NCBI GenBank assembly: GCA_903875345.1
Contig: CAIQVS010000332.1
Location: forward strand, 1 to 50,792
Length of the DNA: 50,792 nt
Reading direction: 5' to 3'
DNA from: an uncultured Pseudomonadota bacterium
GTDB taxonomy: Bacteria; Pseudomonadota; Alphaproteobacteria; UBA9219
Made by a program: the position numbers and the translations under genes. Position 1 is the stretch's first letter, and the number at the start of each line of letters is the position of its first letter. Under the pieces are notes generated by a model. The model had not been told where the DNA came from. It did not search any database and saw only the letters and a program-made list of their open reading frames with translations. Shown here one piece after another: positions 24,896 to 35,125 of the stretch.

Positions 24896-27247
24896 CTAGA
24901 ATTTCGCGCCGAAGCTGAAATGAATCAACTCGGTTTTGTCGTAGCTGCGCTTGAGGATAGGCTCGGCCAAATCGAGGCGTATAGGACCGAAAGGCGATGC
25001 CCAACTCAAGCCAACACCCGCACTCAGGCGTACTTGACCATCCGTAGCGAAGGTATCACCGGGGATCGGCTGCTCACCGGTGTGGTCAAGAATGCCAGCA
25101 TCCGTAAAGACATGTCCCTTGAGTCCAAATTCCTTGGGAAAAGGAGTTGGCGTTGCTAGTTCCAACGTGCTGCGGGCAAAACGATCACCACCCAAAGCGT
25201 CTTGATTGACGCTGGTCAGGTCACGAGGGCCTACACCGGCATATTGAAAGCCGCGCAAAGTATCGCTGCCGAGGAAAAACCGCTCGTTGATTTTGGTCGG
25301 ACCATCAAGTCCCCAGATTTGTCCGACTTCTCCCAACCCGCTAATGACGTACCCATCGGCAACGGGATAATATTGCGTTCCGCCTGTGCGGAATTTGAAC
25401 CATTTACGCGAACCGCCTGCCCCGGCAATATCGGTATCGAGATGGACGATATAGCCAAGGGTAGGATCAAGCTTGCTGTCGCGCGTATCGTAGGTCAGCT
25501 CTTGCCCCACGGACGATGTCGTCGTGGTGCCTTGCTGATCCGTTACATAGAGCGATGCATCGCTAGCCACGTTGTTAATCGTATCATCATGGAAGCTGTA
25601 ATTCAGCCGTTGACGCAACTCATCCGATAACGGGTAACCAAGCCGCAACACAAACCCCGTGCTTGTCGAGTCATAGGAGCTTAGGTCTTGATTGTTGCTT
25701 TGCGTGCGATAAAGGTCAACGCCCGCCGACAAATCGCGATCCAGAAAATAGGGTTCGGTAAAGCTCGTGTCGATTGTCTGTGTCCGCCCTGAAACGGTAG
25801 CGCCAAAACGAGCCTGTTGTCCCTGCCCCATGAAGTTGTTTTCACTGACTGTGAAATCACCCAAAGGACCGTCGGTTGATGAATAGCCTGCGCCTATCGC
25901 CACCTGTCCGGTTGACTTTTCCTTTACATTCACGTTCAGATCGGCGCGATCAGGCTCCGCGCCCGGCGCCGAGGTTATCTTGGCTTCTTCAAAGTAGTCC
26001 AAGTCCTTCAGATTCTGTTCGGATTTGTGAATCTGGGTTGTGCTGTAAGGATCGCCTTCGGCCAAAAGTATCTGCCGACGGATGACTTTATCAACCGTAC
26101 GAGTGTTTCCGCTGATGTTGATACGATTTACATACACTCGTTCGCCGGGATTGATGTCATAGGTCAGATCAACCGTCAGATCATCTTTATGTTTATCAGG
26201 GTTGGGAACGATTGTAACAAAAGCATACTGCCGATCACCCAAAGCGGTGGTTAGCTTGGCGATCGATTTTTCAATTTGATCGGCGCTGTACCACTCACCC
26301 TGCAGGGTTGTGAGTTGATCACGCAACGGCTCCGGATCGAGCCCCTTGATCTCGCTCTTCAAGCTGACTTTTCCAAACTTGTAGCGTTGGTTTTCTTCCA
26401 CCGTAAAGGTAAGGAAGAAGTCGCCTCGGTCCGGCGTCAACTCGGCAACAGCCGATAACACCCGGGCGTCGACATACCCTTCGTTTAGGTAAAATTTTCG
26501 CAGCAACTCCTTATCGTAATTCAAGCGATCAGGATCATAATAGTCGGTCGTGGAGAGAAAACGATACCACGCGCTTTCACGCGTACTGATGGCTTCGCGC
26601 AAAGCATCGGCATCATAATGCTGGTTTCCGATGAAGGTAATATCGCGCACGCCGGTGCGTTTGCCCTCAGTAACTTCAAAGACCAGATCAATCCGGTTCT
26701 GGTCAAGCTTTACCATCTTGGGTTCAACCACGGCACCAAAACGCCCTGAACGGCGATAAAGGTCAAGGATGCGTTGGACATCCCGCTGCACTTTAGGAAG
26801 CGTATAAACCTGAAGTGGCTTAAGCTGAACTTCCTTTTCCAGATCTTCTTTCGAAACAGCGTCGTTACCTTCAAAAGTAATACGGTTGATGATCGGATTC
26901 TCATCAATATGGACGACCAGCGTTGAATCCTCCATCGCGATATGAACGTTCGCAAACAGATTCGTCGCATACAGGGCTTTAAGTGAGCTGTCGATTTTCT
27001 CTGGAGTCGCTTGATCGCCTTTTGCCAAAGTTAGATGTGATGTGACAGTTTCAACCTCAAGGCGTTGCGCGCCTTCAACCCGAATATCCCGAATAATGTC
27101 GCCGGACTGGTTGGCCGCCACGGCTAGAAACGATGACAAGGAGGAGGAGGCAGCAGCGCTTTGCGCCTGCGCAGGAGACTCTTCGAATAAGAGAGCCAAA
27201 CCGACTAGAGAGGTTAACAAAATTTGCGAGGAAGAGCGTGATAACAT
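24896..27247 (-). CDS. bamA: Outer membrane protein assembly factor BamA
   Basis: POTRA repeats (IRVEGAQRLE, GNTRTVDKVIRR), LRGF motif, WASPFGPIRLD, C-terminal Phe. Confidence 0.97.
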   Translation of the reverse strand: MLSRSSSQILLTSLVGLALLFEESPAQAQSAAASSSLSSFLAVAANQSGDIIRDIRVEGAQRLEVETVTSHLTLAKGDQATPEKIDSSLKALYATNLFANVHIAMEDSTLVVHIDENPIINRITFEGNDAVSKEDLEKEVQLKPLQVYTLPKVQRDVQRILDLYRRSGRFGAVVEPKMVKLDQNRIDLVFEVTEGKRTGVRDITFIGNQHYDADALREAISTRESAWYRFLSTTDYYDPDRLNYDKELLRKFYLNEGYVDARVLSAVAELTPDRGDFFLTFTVEENQRYKFGKVSLKSEIKGLDPEPLRDQLTTLQGEWYSADQIEKSIAKLTTALGDRQYAFVTIVPNPDKHKDDLTVDLTYDINPGERVYVNRINISGNTRTVDKVIRRQILLAEGDPYSTTQIHKSEQNLKDLDYFEEAKITSAPGAEPDRADLNVNVKEKSTGQVAIGAGYSSTDGPLGDFTVSENNFMGQGQQARFGATVSGRTQTIDTSFTEPYFLDRDLSAGVDLYRTQSNNQDLSSYDSTSTGFVLRLGYPLSDELRQRLNYSFHDDTINNVASDASLYVTDQQGTTTTSSVGQELTYDTRDSKLDPTLGYIVHLDTDIAGAGGSRKWFKFRTGGTQYYPVADGYVISGLGEVGQIWGLDGPTKINERFFLGSDTLRGFQYAGVGPRDLTSVNQDALGGDRFARSTLELATPTPFPKEFGLKGHVFTDAGILDHTGEQPIPGDTFATDGQVRLSAGVGLSWASPFGPIRLDLAEPILKRSYDKTELIHFSFGAKF

Positions 27248-27533
27248 CAAGGATGAATCCTGATTGCACAGTGATTTGAACAGAGGGTAGAAAATCGCGC
27301 ATCAATTCACAAGAATATTTCGCATGAAGGCTAAAGATTATCTTTTACCTGTTGCTTCTTGGAAAAAACGCGGGACCATCTTATTGGGTTTTTGTCTTGT
27401 GCCGATGATCTTTCCTGAACCAGCGCTTGCTCAGAAATGATCGTACAAGATTCTGTGTCTGTTGGGCATTCCGATTGCCTGCCCCACTCCACGTCGATTC
27501 ACCAGACACATGACAGAATGGCCGATCATACCT

Positions 27534-28769
27534 TCAGGAAAGCATGTTCTTCAAAAAGGATACAACCTTAAGTTGAACAAGATCATTCCACGTTGCGAAT
27601 ACCATCAGGCAAAGGAGAAGCGCCATACCGATCCGCAAACCTATCTCCTGCACCTTTTCATGCAAGGGACGCCCACGCAACCTTTCGGCTACGTAATAAA
27701 GGAGATGCCCTCCATCCAGAAGCGGAACCGGAAACAAGTTAACCAGCCCGAGATTAATCGAAATCATCGCCATAAACAGGACGAGCGCAGGCGGGCCATC
27801 CTCGGCAACATGTCCGGACATGGCGGCGATACGCAGGGGTCCCCCGAGTTCTTCGGTACTCCGCGTGCCCATGATCATTTGTCCGACACCACGCAGCGTG
27901 CTGCTACTGATACTGAGCGCTTCACCAACGGCCTTCATTAAGGCTTCCGGCAATGGCCACCTTTTGTACTGTATGTCATTGGAGGTAATGCCGAGGCGTC
28001 CCATTTTATGCACGCCCCCGAACCGATCCGTGGTGACTTCGATTTTTGGCATCACAGTGAGGTTCATCTTGGCGCCCCCACGATCCAGAGCAACCTGAAC
28101 GGGGGTTCCGGAATTCATCATAATGGCCAGACGTATATCCTCGAAGCGATCAATGGTCATACCATCCAGAGAAAGAATTTTATCGCCGGGTCGAATTCCT
28201 GCGACGGCGGCGGCGCTGTCCGGCAAAACGGCACTGACATTCGGCGCGGTATAATGTTGTCCCTGAAACAGAAAACATTCCTCTTTCACAGGTTGGTTTT
28301 TGGGCGCATCGGCAGAAGGCGTTGGCGCGTGACACAGCATAGGCGGGATGTTGAGTCCGAACGGAGGCTCCGTGAAGAGCAACGTCAGAATCAAGATAGC
28401 AAACAGGTAGTTAAAACCTGGCCCGGCTGCGACAATGGCAATGCGCTTGCCGACCGGTTGATGGAAAAAGGAAATCTTTTTCTGTTCATCAGTCATGTTC
28501 AGCACGGCTTCGTCGGGATCACTCGCCGGACCGGCGTCGCCGTACATTTTGACGTAGCCGCCGAGAGGGAGGAGCGACACTTTCCAGCGTGTGCCATGCT
28601 TATCGTTCCAGCCGAACAGCTCATGCCCGAACCCGATCGAGAATTCCTCGACCTTCACGCCACACAGTCGCGCGACCCAGTAATGCCCGAATTCGTGCAC
28701 AAAGACGACGACGCTGATGACGACGATAAACGGTATCGCATAGTGAAGAAGGTCGTGAAGATGTTCCAT
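27534..28769 (-). CDS. rseP: RIP metalloprotease RseP
   Basis: HEFGH, FSIGFG, PLGGYVKM, AGPGFN, one PDZ domain, NLFPVPLLDGGH. Confidence 0.96.
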   Translation of the reverse strand: MEHLHDLLHYAIPFIVVISVVVFVHEFGHYWVARLCGVKVEEFSIGFGHELFGWNDKHGTRWKVSLLPLGGYVKMYGDAGPASDPDEAVLNMTDEQKKISFFHQPVGKRIAIVAAGPGFNYLFAILILTLLFTEPPFGLNIPPMLCHAPTPSADAPKNQPVKEECFLFQGQHYTAPNVSAVLPDSAAAVAGIRPGDKILSLDGMTIDRFEDIRLAIMMNSGTPVQVALDRGGAKMNLTVMPKIEVTTDRFGGVHKMGRLGITSNDIQYKRWPLPEALMKAVGEALSISSSTLRGVGQMIMGTRSTEELGGPLRIAAMSGHVAEDGPPALVLFMAMISINLGLVNLFPVPLLDGGHLLYYVAERLRGRPLHEKVQEIGLRIGMALLLCLMVFATWNDLVQLKVVSFLKNMLS

Positions 28770-28893
28770 TATATGTCCATCGTACCCGCGCGATGCGGAC
28801 TAAAGTCCAGATTTGCTTGTGTCTGACGACTTATATAGCATTGGCAGCCTGATTATTAAAGTCCGATGCAATCTCAAAACCGCGAGTATCCTC

Positions 28894-29853
28894 ATGCCCT
28901 TACGCATCGCTCTGCAGATGGACGCGCTGGAAAGGTTATACAAGCCTCTCGACAGCACGCTGGAACTTGCCCGCGCTGCAGTCGAGCGCGGCGATGAGCT
29001 TTTTCATTATGAGCCTTCCGGTTTACGCATGGACATCGCAGCGGGCGGGACTCGCGTTACGGCGAAAGTGCATCGGCTGGTTTACGACAAGAGAAATCCC
29101 GATCCCTGGAGCCTTGGCGAGGAAAGCGTGGCCGATGCATCAGAATTTGACGTAATTCTTATGCGGCAAGACCCGCCTTTCGATCTGTCCTATATAACCG
29201 CGACGCATATTCTGGAACACCTCAAGGACAGAGTACGGATCATCAACGATCCGGTCGGCGTGCGCAATGCGCCGGAGAAACTCCTTATTACTTATGTGCC
29301 TCATCTCATGCCGCCGACGCTGATCGCCCGCGATCGCGAAGCAATCGAGACCTTTCGCACCGAGCACCGCGACATCATCATCAAGCCGCTACACGGGTAT
29401 GCAGGTCATGGCATTTTTCATCTACGTCCGGGCGACGACAATTTGCCGGGCTTGCTTGAAACTTTAGCTACGATCAACAACGAACCTTGGATGGTGCAAA
29501 AATTTCTGCCAATCACCGAGTGGGGGGACAAGCGTATCGTCGTCCTGAACGGCGAACCGGTCGGCTCGTTCCGTCGCATGCCTGCGGCGGGCGACGTACG
29601 CGGCAACATGCGCGTCGGCGGTCGTCCGGAAAAGGCCGAGCTGACTCGCCGCGATCAGGAAATCTGCGCGACGCTCGCGCCAATGTTGCGCGAACGCGGA
29701 TTGTTTCTAGCGGGGATCGACGTCATCGGCGACTATCTGACCGAGATTAACGTTACTTCGCCGACCGGCCTCATCGTCGCTGATCAGCTTGAAGGACGAA
29801 CAGGACAAGACCGGATCGCGGAAAGATTTTGGCGGTTTGTGGATGGGAGGTAA
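28894..29853 (+). CDS. gshB: Glutathione synthetase
   Basis: MRQDPPFD, VRNAPEK, GDKRI, RGNMRVGG, GIDVIGDYLTEINVTSPTG. Confidence 0.96.
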   Translation: MPLRIALQMDALERLYKPLDSTLELARAAVERGDELFHYEPSGLRMDIAAGGTRVTAKVHRLVYDKRNPDPWSLGEESVADASEFDVILMRQDPPFDLSYITATHILEHLKDRVRIINDPVGVRNAPEKLLITYVPHLMPPTLIARDREAIETFRTEHRDIIIKPLHGYAGHGIFHLRPGDDNLPGLLETLATINNEPWMVQKFLPITEWGDKRIVVLNGEPVGSFRRMPAAGDVRGNMRVGGRPEKAELTRRDQEICATLAPMLRERGLFLAGIDVIGDYLTEINVTSPTGLIVADQLEGRTGQDRIAERFWRFVDGR

Positions 29854-30230
29854 GATCGTCTTATCCTGTTCCGAAATACGTTCGATGCGAGAATGAGGAG
29901 CAAGATAATATTTGCCCACGAACACGATACGTCGGTTCGTTTTGCGCTGAAGGAACGATTGAAGGAGACGGCAAGATCGAACGCCGCATCATCGACTCCT
30001 TGCCGTCAATTGCGCAAGCGCTTGATGTCTCAAGAGAATCTGCGCCTACCCTCGCAAGGACGATGACTATGGATATAGGCGCCCACACGCAGTTTAGTGG
30101 TCTGTCGACAAAACTCTTCGCCGATTGCATTAACGTGGCGATACAACAAGAAACCAATCAACGCGTATCCTGTTTTGGCCGAAATGGCTTTGATACAAAC
30201 GCAACTAATGAAAACATTGCTTCCGGATAA
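29829..30230 (+). CDS. Hypothetical orphan protein, start uncertain
   Basis: 133-codon open frame filling the gshB-typA gap; no motif recognised; the listed TTG start lies inside gshB. Confidence 0.35.
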   Translation: MAVCGWEVRSSYPVPKYVRCENEEQDNICPRTRYVGSFCAEGTIEGDGKIERRIIDSLPSIAQALDVSRESAPTLARTMTMDIGAHTQFSGLSTKLFADCINVAIQQETNQRVSCFGRNGFDTNATNENIASG

Positions 30231-30245
30231 CGTTTTCCCCTATAT
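30217..30245 (+). promoter_or_regulatory. Putative sigma70 promoter of typA
   Basis: TTGCTT-N17-CTATAT about 90 nt upstream of the typA ATG. Confidence 0.5.
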
Positions 30246-30337
30246 AGCTCTCGTAAATCAAGGGTTGGGCGAGCGGAAACTTGGCCGCGCAGCGCCATAG
30301 TGGCGCTGGCTACAAAGATCGAAAAACTGGAAAAGCA

Positions 30338-32155
30338 ATGAAACTACGTAATATCGCCATTATCGCCCACGTTGACCATGGCAAGACCACGCTCGTCGAC
30401 CAGATGCTGAAACAATCCGGCACCTTCCGCGAAAACCAGCAGGTGGCCGAGCGGGCGATGGACAGCAACGATCTGGAGCGCGAACGCGGCATTACTATTC
30501 TTGCCAAATGCACCTCGATCCTTCACGGCGACATCCGCATCAACATCGTCGACACTCCCGGCCACGCCGATTTTGGCGGTGAAGTCGAACGCATCCTGTC
30601 GATGGTCGACGGCGTCGTGCTGCTGGTTGATGCCGCCGAAGGCCCGTTGCCGCAAACGAAATTTGTGCTGGGCAAGGCCTTGTCGATTGGCCTCAAACCG
30701 ATGGTCATCGTTAACAAGATCGACCGTTCCGACGCGCGCCCAAGCGAAGTCCACAACGAGATTTTCGACCTGTTCTCGGCGCTTGATGCGACGGAAGAAC
30801 AGCTTGATTTCCCGACCCTGTTCGCCTCCGGTCGCAACGGTTGGGCAATCAACAATATCGGCGATGAAACCAAGGATCTGACACCGCTGTTTGACCTGAT
30901 CGAACGCCATGTATCGCCGCCGAAGGTCGATGCCAACGCCCCTTTCACGATGCTCGCGACGATCCTCGAAGCCAATCCCTATCTCGGACGCTTGCTGACA
31001 GGACGCATCCAGACCGGAACACTGCGCGTCAATATGCCGATCAAGGGCATGAGCCGCGACGGCAGCGTGATTGAGCAAGGCCGCGTGACCAAAATTCTCG
31101 CCTTTCGCGGCCTCGAACGCTTATCGGTCGATGAGGCTGGCGCTGGTGACATCGTAGCCGTCGCAGGTCTCAGCAAATCGACCGTCGCCGACACGCTGAC
31201 CGACATCGCCGTGACAACGCCGATCATCGCCCGCCCGATCGATCCGCCAACCATTGCCATGACTTTCGCCGTTAACGATTCGCCGCTGGCGGGAACCGAA
31301 GGCGACAAGGTGACGAGCCGCGTCATTCGCGACCGTCTGATGCGCGAAGTTGAAGGCAACGTCGCCATTCGCGTGACGGAGTCGCAGGAAAAGGACGCTT
31401 TCGAGGTCGCCGGGCGCGGTGAGTTACAGCTTGGCATCCTGATCGAAACCATGCGCCGCGAGGGCTTCGAATTGTCGATCAGCCGCCCACGCGTGCTTTT
31501 CAAGACCGACGAAAGAGGCCAACGTCTTGAGCCAATCGAAGAAGTCGTGATCGATGTGGACGAACCCTATTCAGGAACGGTCGTCAATAAGATGGCCGAA
31601 CGCAAAGCTGAGATGGTCGATATGCGTCCCTCCGGCGGTGGCAAGGTACGCTTGACGTTCCATGCGCCTTCGCGCGGCCTCATCGGTTATTTCAGCGAAT
31701 TCCTCAGCGACACGCGCGGGACGGGGCTGATGAACCGGCTGTTCCACGGCTATGCGCCCTACAAAGGCCCCATCGCGGCGCGTCGCACGGGCGTGCTGAT
31801 CTCGAACGGCGCGGGCGAAGCCGTTGCCTATGCGATGTGGAAGCTGGAGGATCGCGGCCCAATGCTGGTCGTCCCCGGCACGAAAGTGTATGAGGGCATG
31901 ATTATCGGCGAACACGCCAAAAGCAATGATCTGGACGTGAACGTGCTGGAAGGTAAAAAACTTACCAACATGCGCGCCTCAGGGAAGGACGAAGCCGTAC
32001 GCCTGACGCCGCCGTTGCTGATGACCCTTGAAAAAGCAATCGCCTATATCGCCGACGATGAGCTGGTCGAGGTCACACCGAAATCCATCCGCCTGCGCAA
32101 ACGCTATCTCGACCCCAACATGCGCAAGCGCATGTCACGGCAGGCGGAAGCGTAA
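30338..32155 (+). CDS. typA: Translational GTPase TypA/BipA
   Basis: [58 protein letters not shown]. Confidence 0.98.
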   Translation: MKLRNIAIIAHVDHGKTTLVDQMLKQSGTFRENQQVAERAMDSNDLERERGITILAKCTSILHGDIRINIVDTPGHADFGGEVERILSMVDGVVLLVDAAEGPLPQTKFVLGKALSIGLKPMVIVNKIDRSDARPSEVHNEIFDLFSALDATEEQLDFPTLFASGRNGWAINNIGDETKDLTPLFDLIERHVSPPKVDANAPFTMLATILEANPYLGRLLTGRIQTGTLRVNMPIKGMSRDGSVIEQGRVTKILAFRGLERLSVDEAGAGDIVAVAGLSKSTVADTLTDIAVTTPIIARPIDPPTIAMTFAVNDSPLAGTEGDKVTSRVIRDRLMREVEGNVAIRVTESQEKDAFEVAGRGELQLGILIETMRREGFELSISRPRVLFKTDERGQRLEPIEEVVIDVDEPYSGTVVNKMAERKAEMVDMRPSGGGKVRLTFHAPSRGLIGYFSEFLSDTRGTGLMNRLFHGYAPYKGPIAARRTGVLISNGAGEAVAYAMWKLEDRGPMLVVPGTKVYEGMIIGEHAKSNDLDVNVLEGKKLTNMRASGKDEAVRLTPPLLMTLEKAIAYIADDELVEVTPKSIRLRKRYLDPNMRKRMSRQAEA

Positions 32156-32165
32156 AACAGATGAA

Positions 32166-33307
32166 TTATTGTGGCGGTTCAAGGCACCTTGACCGCACAA
32201 AGTCTGGAGCCTCCGCGCAAGAGGCGAAGGCATTGTTGTTTCTAAACTCGCCCGATGTTTCGGTGCTCTGGAACACGGGTTTTTTTCCTGAGTTCCAGTT
32301 GATTGCGGCATTGTCGATCACGCGCCACCCTGCGGCAGGAGCATAAACGCCGACGGCTGAATAAGCCCCATTATCGCCTTCGAGAAGATTATCCTTTATG
32401 ATCCCGCCTACCGAATTGCCGGTGACGAGAATACCCCACGAAAAATGACCACCCGTGACAAGGCATCTGTTCCCGATAATTTGCCCATTGTTGTCAGTTC
32501 CCCCGGATTTGTGGCCATTAATTTCGATACACTGGGCATTGTTATGATCCATGTAGATGACATTATCTCTTGCTTCAAACCCAACCGAATTCGCTATCCC
32601 GCCGCCCGTGGCAATGCCGGTGAACGCGATGCCGGCAACGCCGCCACCGTGGGTATCCAAAGCTGTGCAATAATTTCCGTTAGTGTGCGCGTCGGTAAAC
32701 CCGCCCCAATGATCATAGCAGACATTGCTGACGTTTGTGGCTCTGTTTGACACTTCCCATGTATCGGTCGTTCCGATCTCCGCCACGGCATCGCCGCCGC
32801 CGTCAAACACGTTATCGTGAATATGAACATGCGACACGCCAACAAATTGCAAGATGTGAGCGTACCCGGCTTCTCCATAATTGGGATTCCTGTATGGAAA
32901 CTTGAATTGGCAGCCGGACACTTCGAAATTCGTTCCGGAGTTTGCGAGAAAAGCCGACGAGATTCCGCCTTTGGTGTGATGTGAGTCAATCGGCGGCCAC
33001 CGAGTCGCTGGCGCGGCAACTATGGCCGCGTTGTCGCACAACACATGCGTATTGGACGGAAGAATATTGGTCCCGGACACGACATATCGACCCGCCGGAA
33101 AAAGCAACGTGCCTCCGGCGGAAGAAATTTGCTGCAACGCCACAGCGATTGCCGTCGTGTCATCCGTGTTCCGTTACCTTTCGCGCCATAATCTCGAACG
33201 CTGACCGTTCTCCTTTCACCCAAATCGTTCGCCGCAGCACTAGCTTGCCCTGCAACGATGAGAGCCGAAAAAAGTCCCATTGCCAACGTTATTTGCCTTA
33301 CAGCCAT
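32166..33307 (-). pseudogene. Secreted right-handed beta-helix (pectate lyase-3 / GH28-like) protein split by a 1-nt frameshift near 33168
   Basis: Signal peptide plus SVRDYGAKGNGT in one frame; TDDTTAIAVALQQ..GGTLLFPAGRY and Asn/Gly ladders in the next. Adding one base restores GAKGNG-x-TDDT and a 380-aa protein. Confidence 0.8.
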
Positions 33308-33373
33308 GATTGTCTCCAAACTACTGCGGCTATTCCCCCATGCGATCAGATTATTGACGGGGAATGCGACAGG

Positions 33374-34759
33374 CTACGTTTCCGTTATTTTCCTGTAAAG
33401 CTCATCAAGCGAAGCGATGACTTCCCGCGAGGCGTCGTGAAGCTTTTGCGCCTCCTCGATCGCGCCAGCAAAATCCGATGCGGCGAAGCGTTCCAGAGCT
33501 TGCTTGCCGTGATGATGGACACGCTCATGCGGCACCTGAAGCTTCTGGAATGTTGGCATGGCACGGATGCGCTCGTCCTTGATCGCATCGTACCATTTGC
33601 CAAGCCGACATCCATGATGATCTGGCAAATCGCCACTCTTGGTTTGGCCGCGCCCAACCAGCGTATCGAATACACGTTTTTTGAAGCTCGCATGGTCGGA
33701 TTTAGCAACCAGAACAAGCATCGCCGAGTCAGGATCGCGAACAATGTCTTTCAGTTCCTGCTGAATGATTTCGCCTGCTCTTGCAATGGTATCGGCTAGA
33801 TTGTCGATGCTTTTCAGGGATCGGGAAGACATGGGAACGACGGCGGCAATGTTGCCCGCGACGTCACGCGAGACCGTCGTTTGCTCCTCCACGGTCGAGG
33901 AAACAGTCAGCATCTGCTGGGCAACCGAATCGACGCGACCATTGACCGCATGAATCCCCGTTCCGGCCGCCTTGATTGCGTCCGCCCCTTGCGCGACCCG
34001 CGCCGAGCCTTCGGCGATGGAAGCGAGCATCTCGCTCATGCCCTGCTGAAGCGTGTTGATTCTCAGGTTGATATCGTCCGTAGCGCTGGCCGTTTGCTTG
34101 GCGAGACTCTTGACCTCGCTGGCGACGACGGCAAAACCCTTGCCGGCCTCGCCCGCCCGCGCCGCCTCGATCGTGGCGTTCAACGCGAGGAGATTCGTCT
34201 GACCGGCGATCTGTTCAATCGTCTTGAGGATGCCGGTGATTTGCCCCGACGCGTCGTCAAGCGCCTTTGCCTTCTCGGTCAAGGAGTCGAAGGCGGACGA
34301 AATGCCTTCCATCGTGGTAACAGCTTGATCGAACGCTCCGCCGCTGCTTGTCAACTCCTGCTTGACCTCCAGCGACTCCTGCGAAACCAGTGAAGCCGAA
34401 CGCGCCACTTCGCGGATGGACGCCGCCATTTCTTCGGACGCCGAAGCCATCGCCTGATTGCGTTGCTCCAGATCGCGCATATCGCGCATCATCTCGGCGA
34501 TCGCCAACAGCGGCACCGTCTGTTCGACCCAGAGGTGGACAAGGGGTTTCAGCCTGACAATTGTTTGTTTTTGCAATTCACGCGCCAGCGGCGCGAGCGC
34601 TTGACTTAGCGCATCCGTCCCTTCGAGGACAGCCTTGTACTCTCCGGCGACCAACCGACCGACTACCCCGTCAAGCGCAGCCATATCGACAATGTTGCCC
34701 GCTTCATCTGTATCCAAAGCCTCTTCTTTCAGCGCCTGTTTACGAAACCGAGATAACAT
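33374..34759 (-). CDS. Cytoplasmic methyl-accepting chemotaxis protein with C-terminal CZB zinc-binding domain
   Basis: [37 protein letters not shown]; CZB motif SDH..F...[11 protein letters not shown]...PHERVH; no TM segments; AGGAGG SD. Confidence 0.93.
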   Translation of the reverse strand: MLSRFRKQALKEEALDTDEAGNIVDMAALDGVVGRLVAGEYKAVLEGTDALSQALAPLARELQKQTIVRLKPLVHLWVEQTVPLLAIAEMMRDMRDLEQRNQAMASASEEMAASIREVARSASLVSQESLEVKQELTSSGGAFDQAVTTMEGISSAFDSLTEKAKALDDASGQITGILKTIEQIAGQTNLLALNATIEAARAGEAGKGFAVVASEVKSLAKQTASATDDINLRINTLQQGMSEMLASIAEGSARVAQGADAIKAAGTGIHAVNGRVDSVAQQMLTVSSTVEEQTTVSRDVAGNIAAVVPMSSRSLKSIDNLADTIARAGEIIQQELKDIVRDPDSAMLVLVAKSDHASFKKRVFDTLVGRGQTKSGDLPDHHGCRLGKWYDAIKDERIRAMPTFQKLQVPHERVHHHGKQALERFAASDFAGAIEEAQKLHDASREVIASLDELYRKITET

Positions 34760-34936
34760 TGGTACCTCCTATGGTGGGTTTTCGATACAACTCAGGCCTG
34801 TGAATCAGCACAGCGCCTTGAGATTTTTAAGAAGGGAAAATCTGTGCAGCCAGAATCAACGTCATAAGCGTCATTTTGAAAAACATCTGCTGAACTTAGC
34901 CATGAGTTTAGCTTGGAACAGCAAAGGAGGTTTTTC

Positions 34937-35068
34937 ATGACGCTCATTTTGCACTCGATAGCGGAATGTGCGGGAAAAGCGCATACTGCGTCGCACAACA
35001 TCATGCTGATTGCACCCGTTTTTTGGGAGTGGAGAAAAATTCTACCGCTGTGTGCCGTCAGCGCATAA
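34937..35068 (+). CDS. Candidate 43-aa small ORF
   Basis: AAGGAGG (34924-34930) six nt before the ATG; MTLILHSIAECAGKAHTASHNIMLIAPVFWEWRKILPLCAVSA*. Confidence 0.3.
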   Translation: MTLILHSIAECAGKAHTASHNIMLIAPVFWEWRKILPLCAVSA

Positions 35069-35125
35069 AGGAAGGGAACAGCAAATGTCCGGTGAATGGG
35101 CAGCACGAAAAACGAAGAGGTGCTT

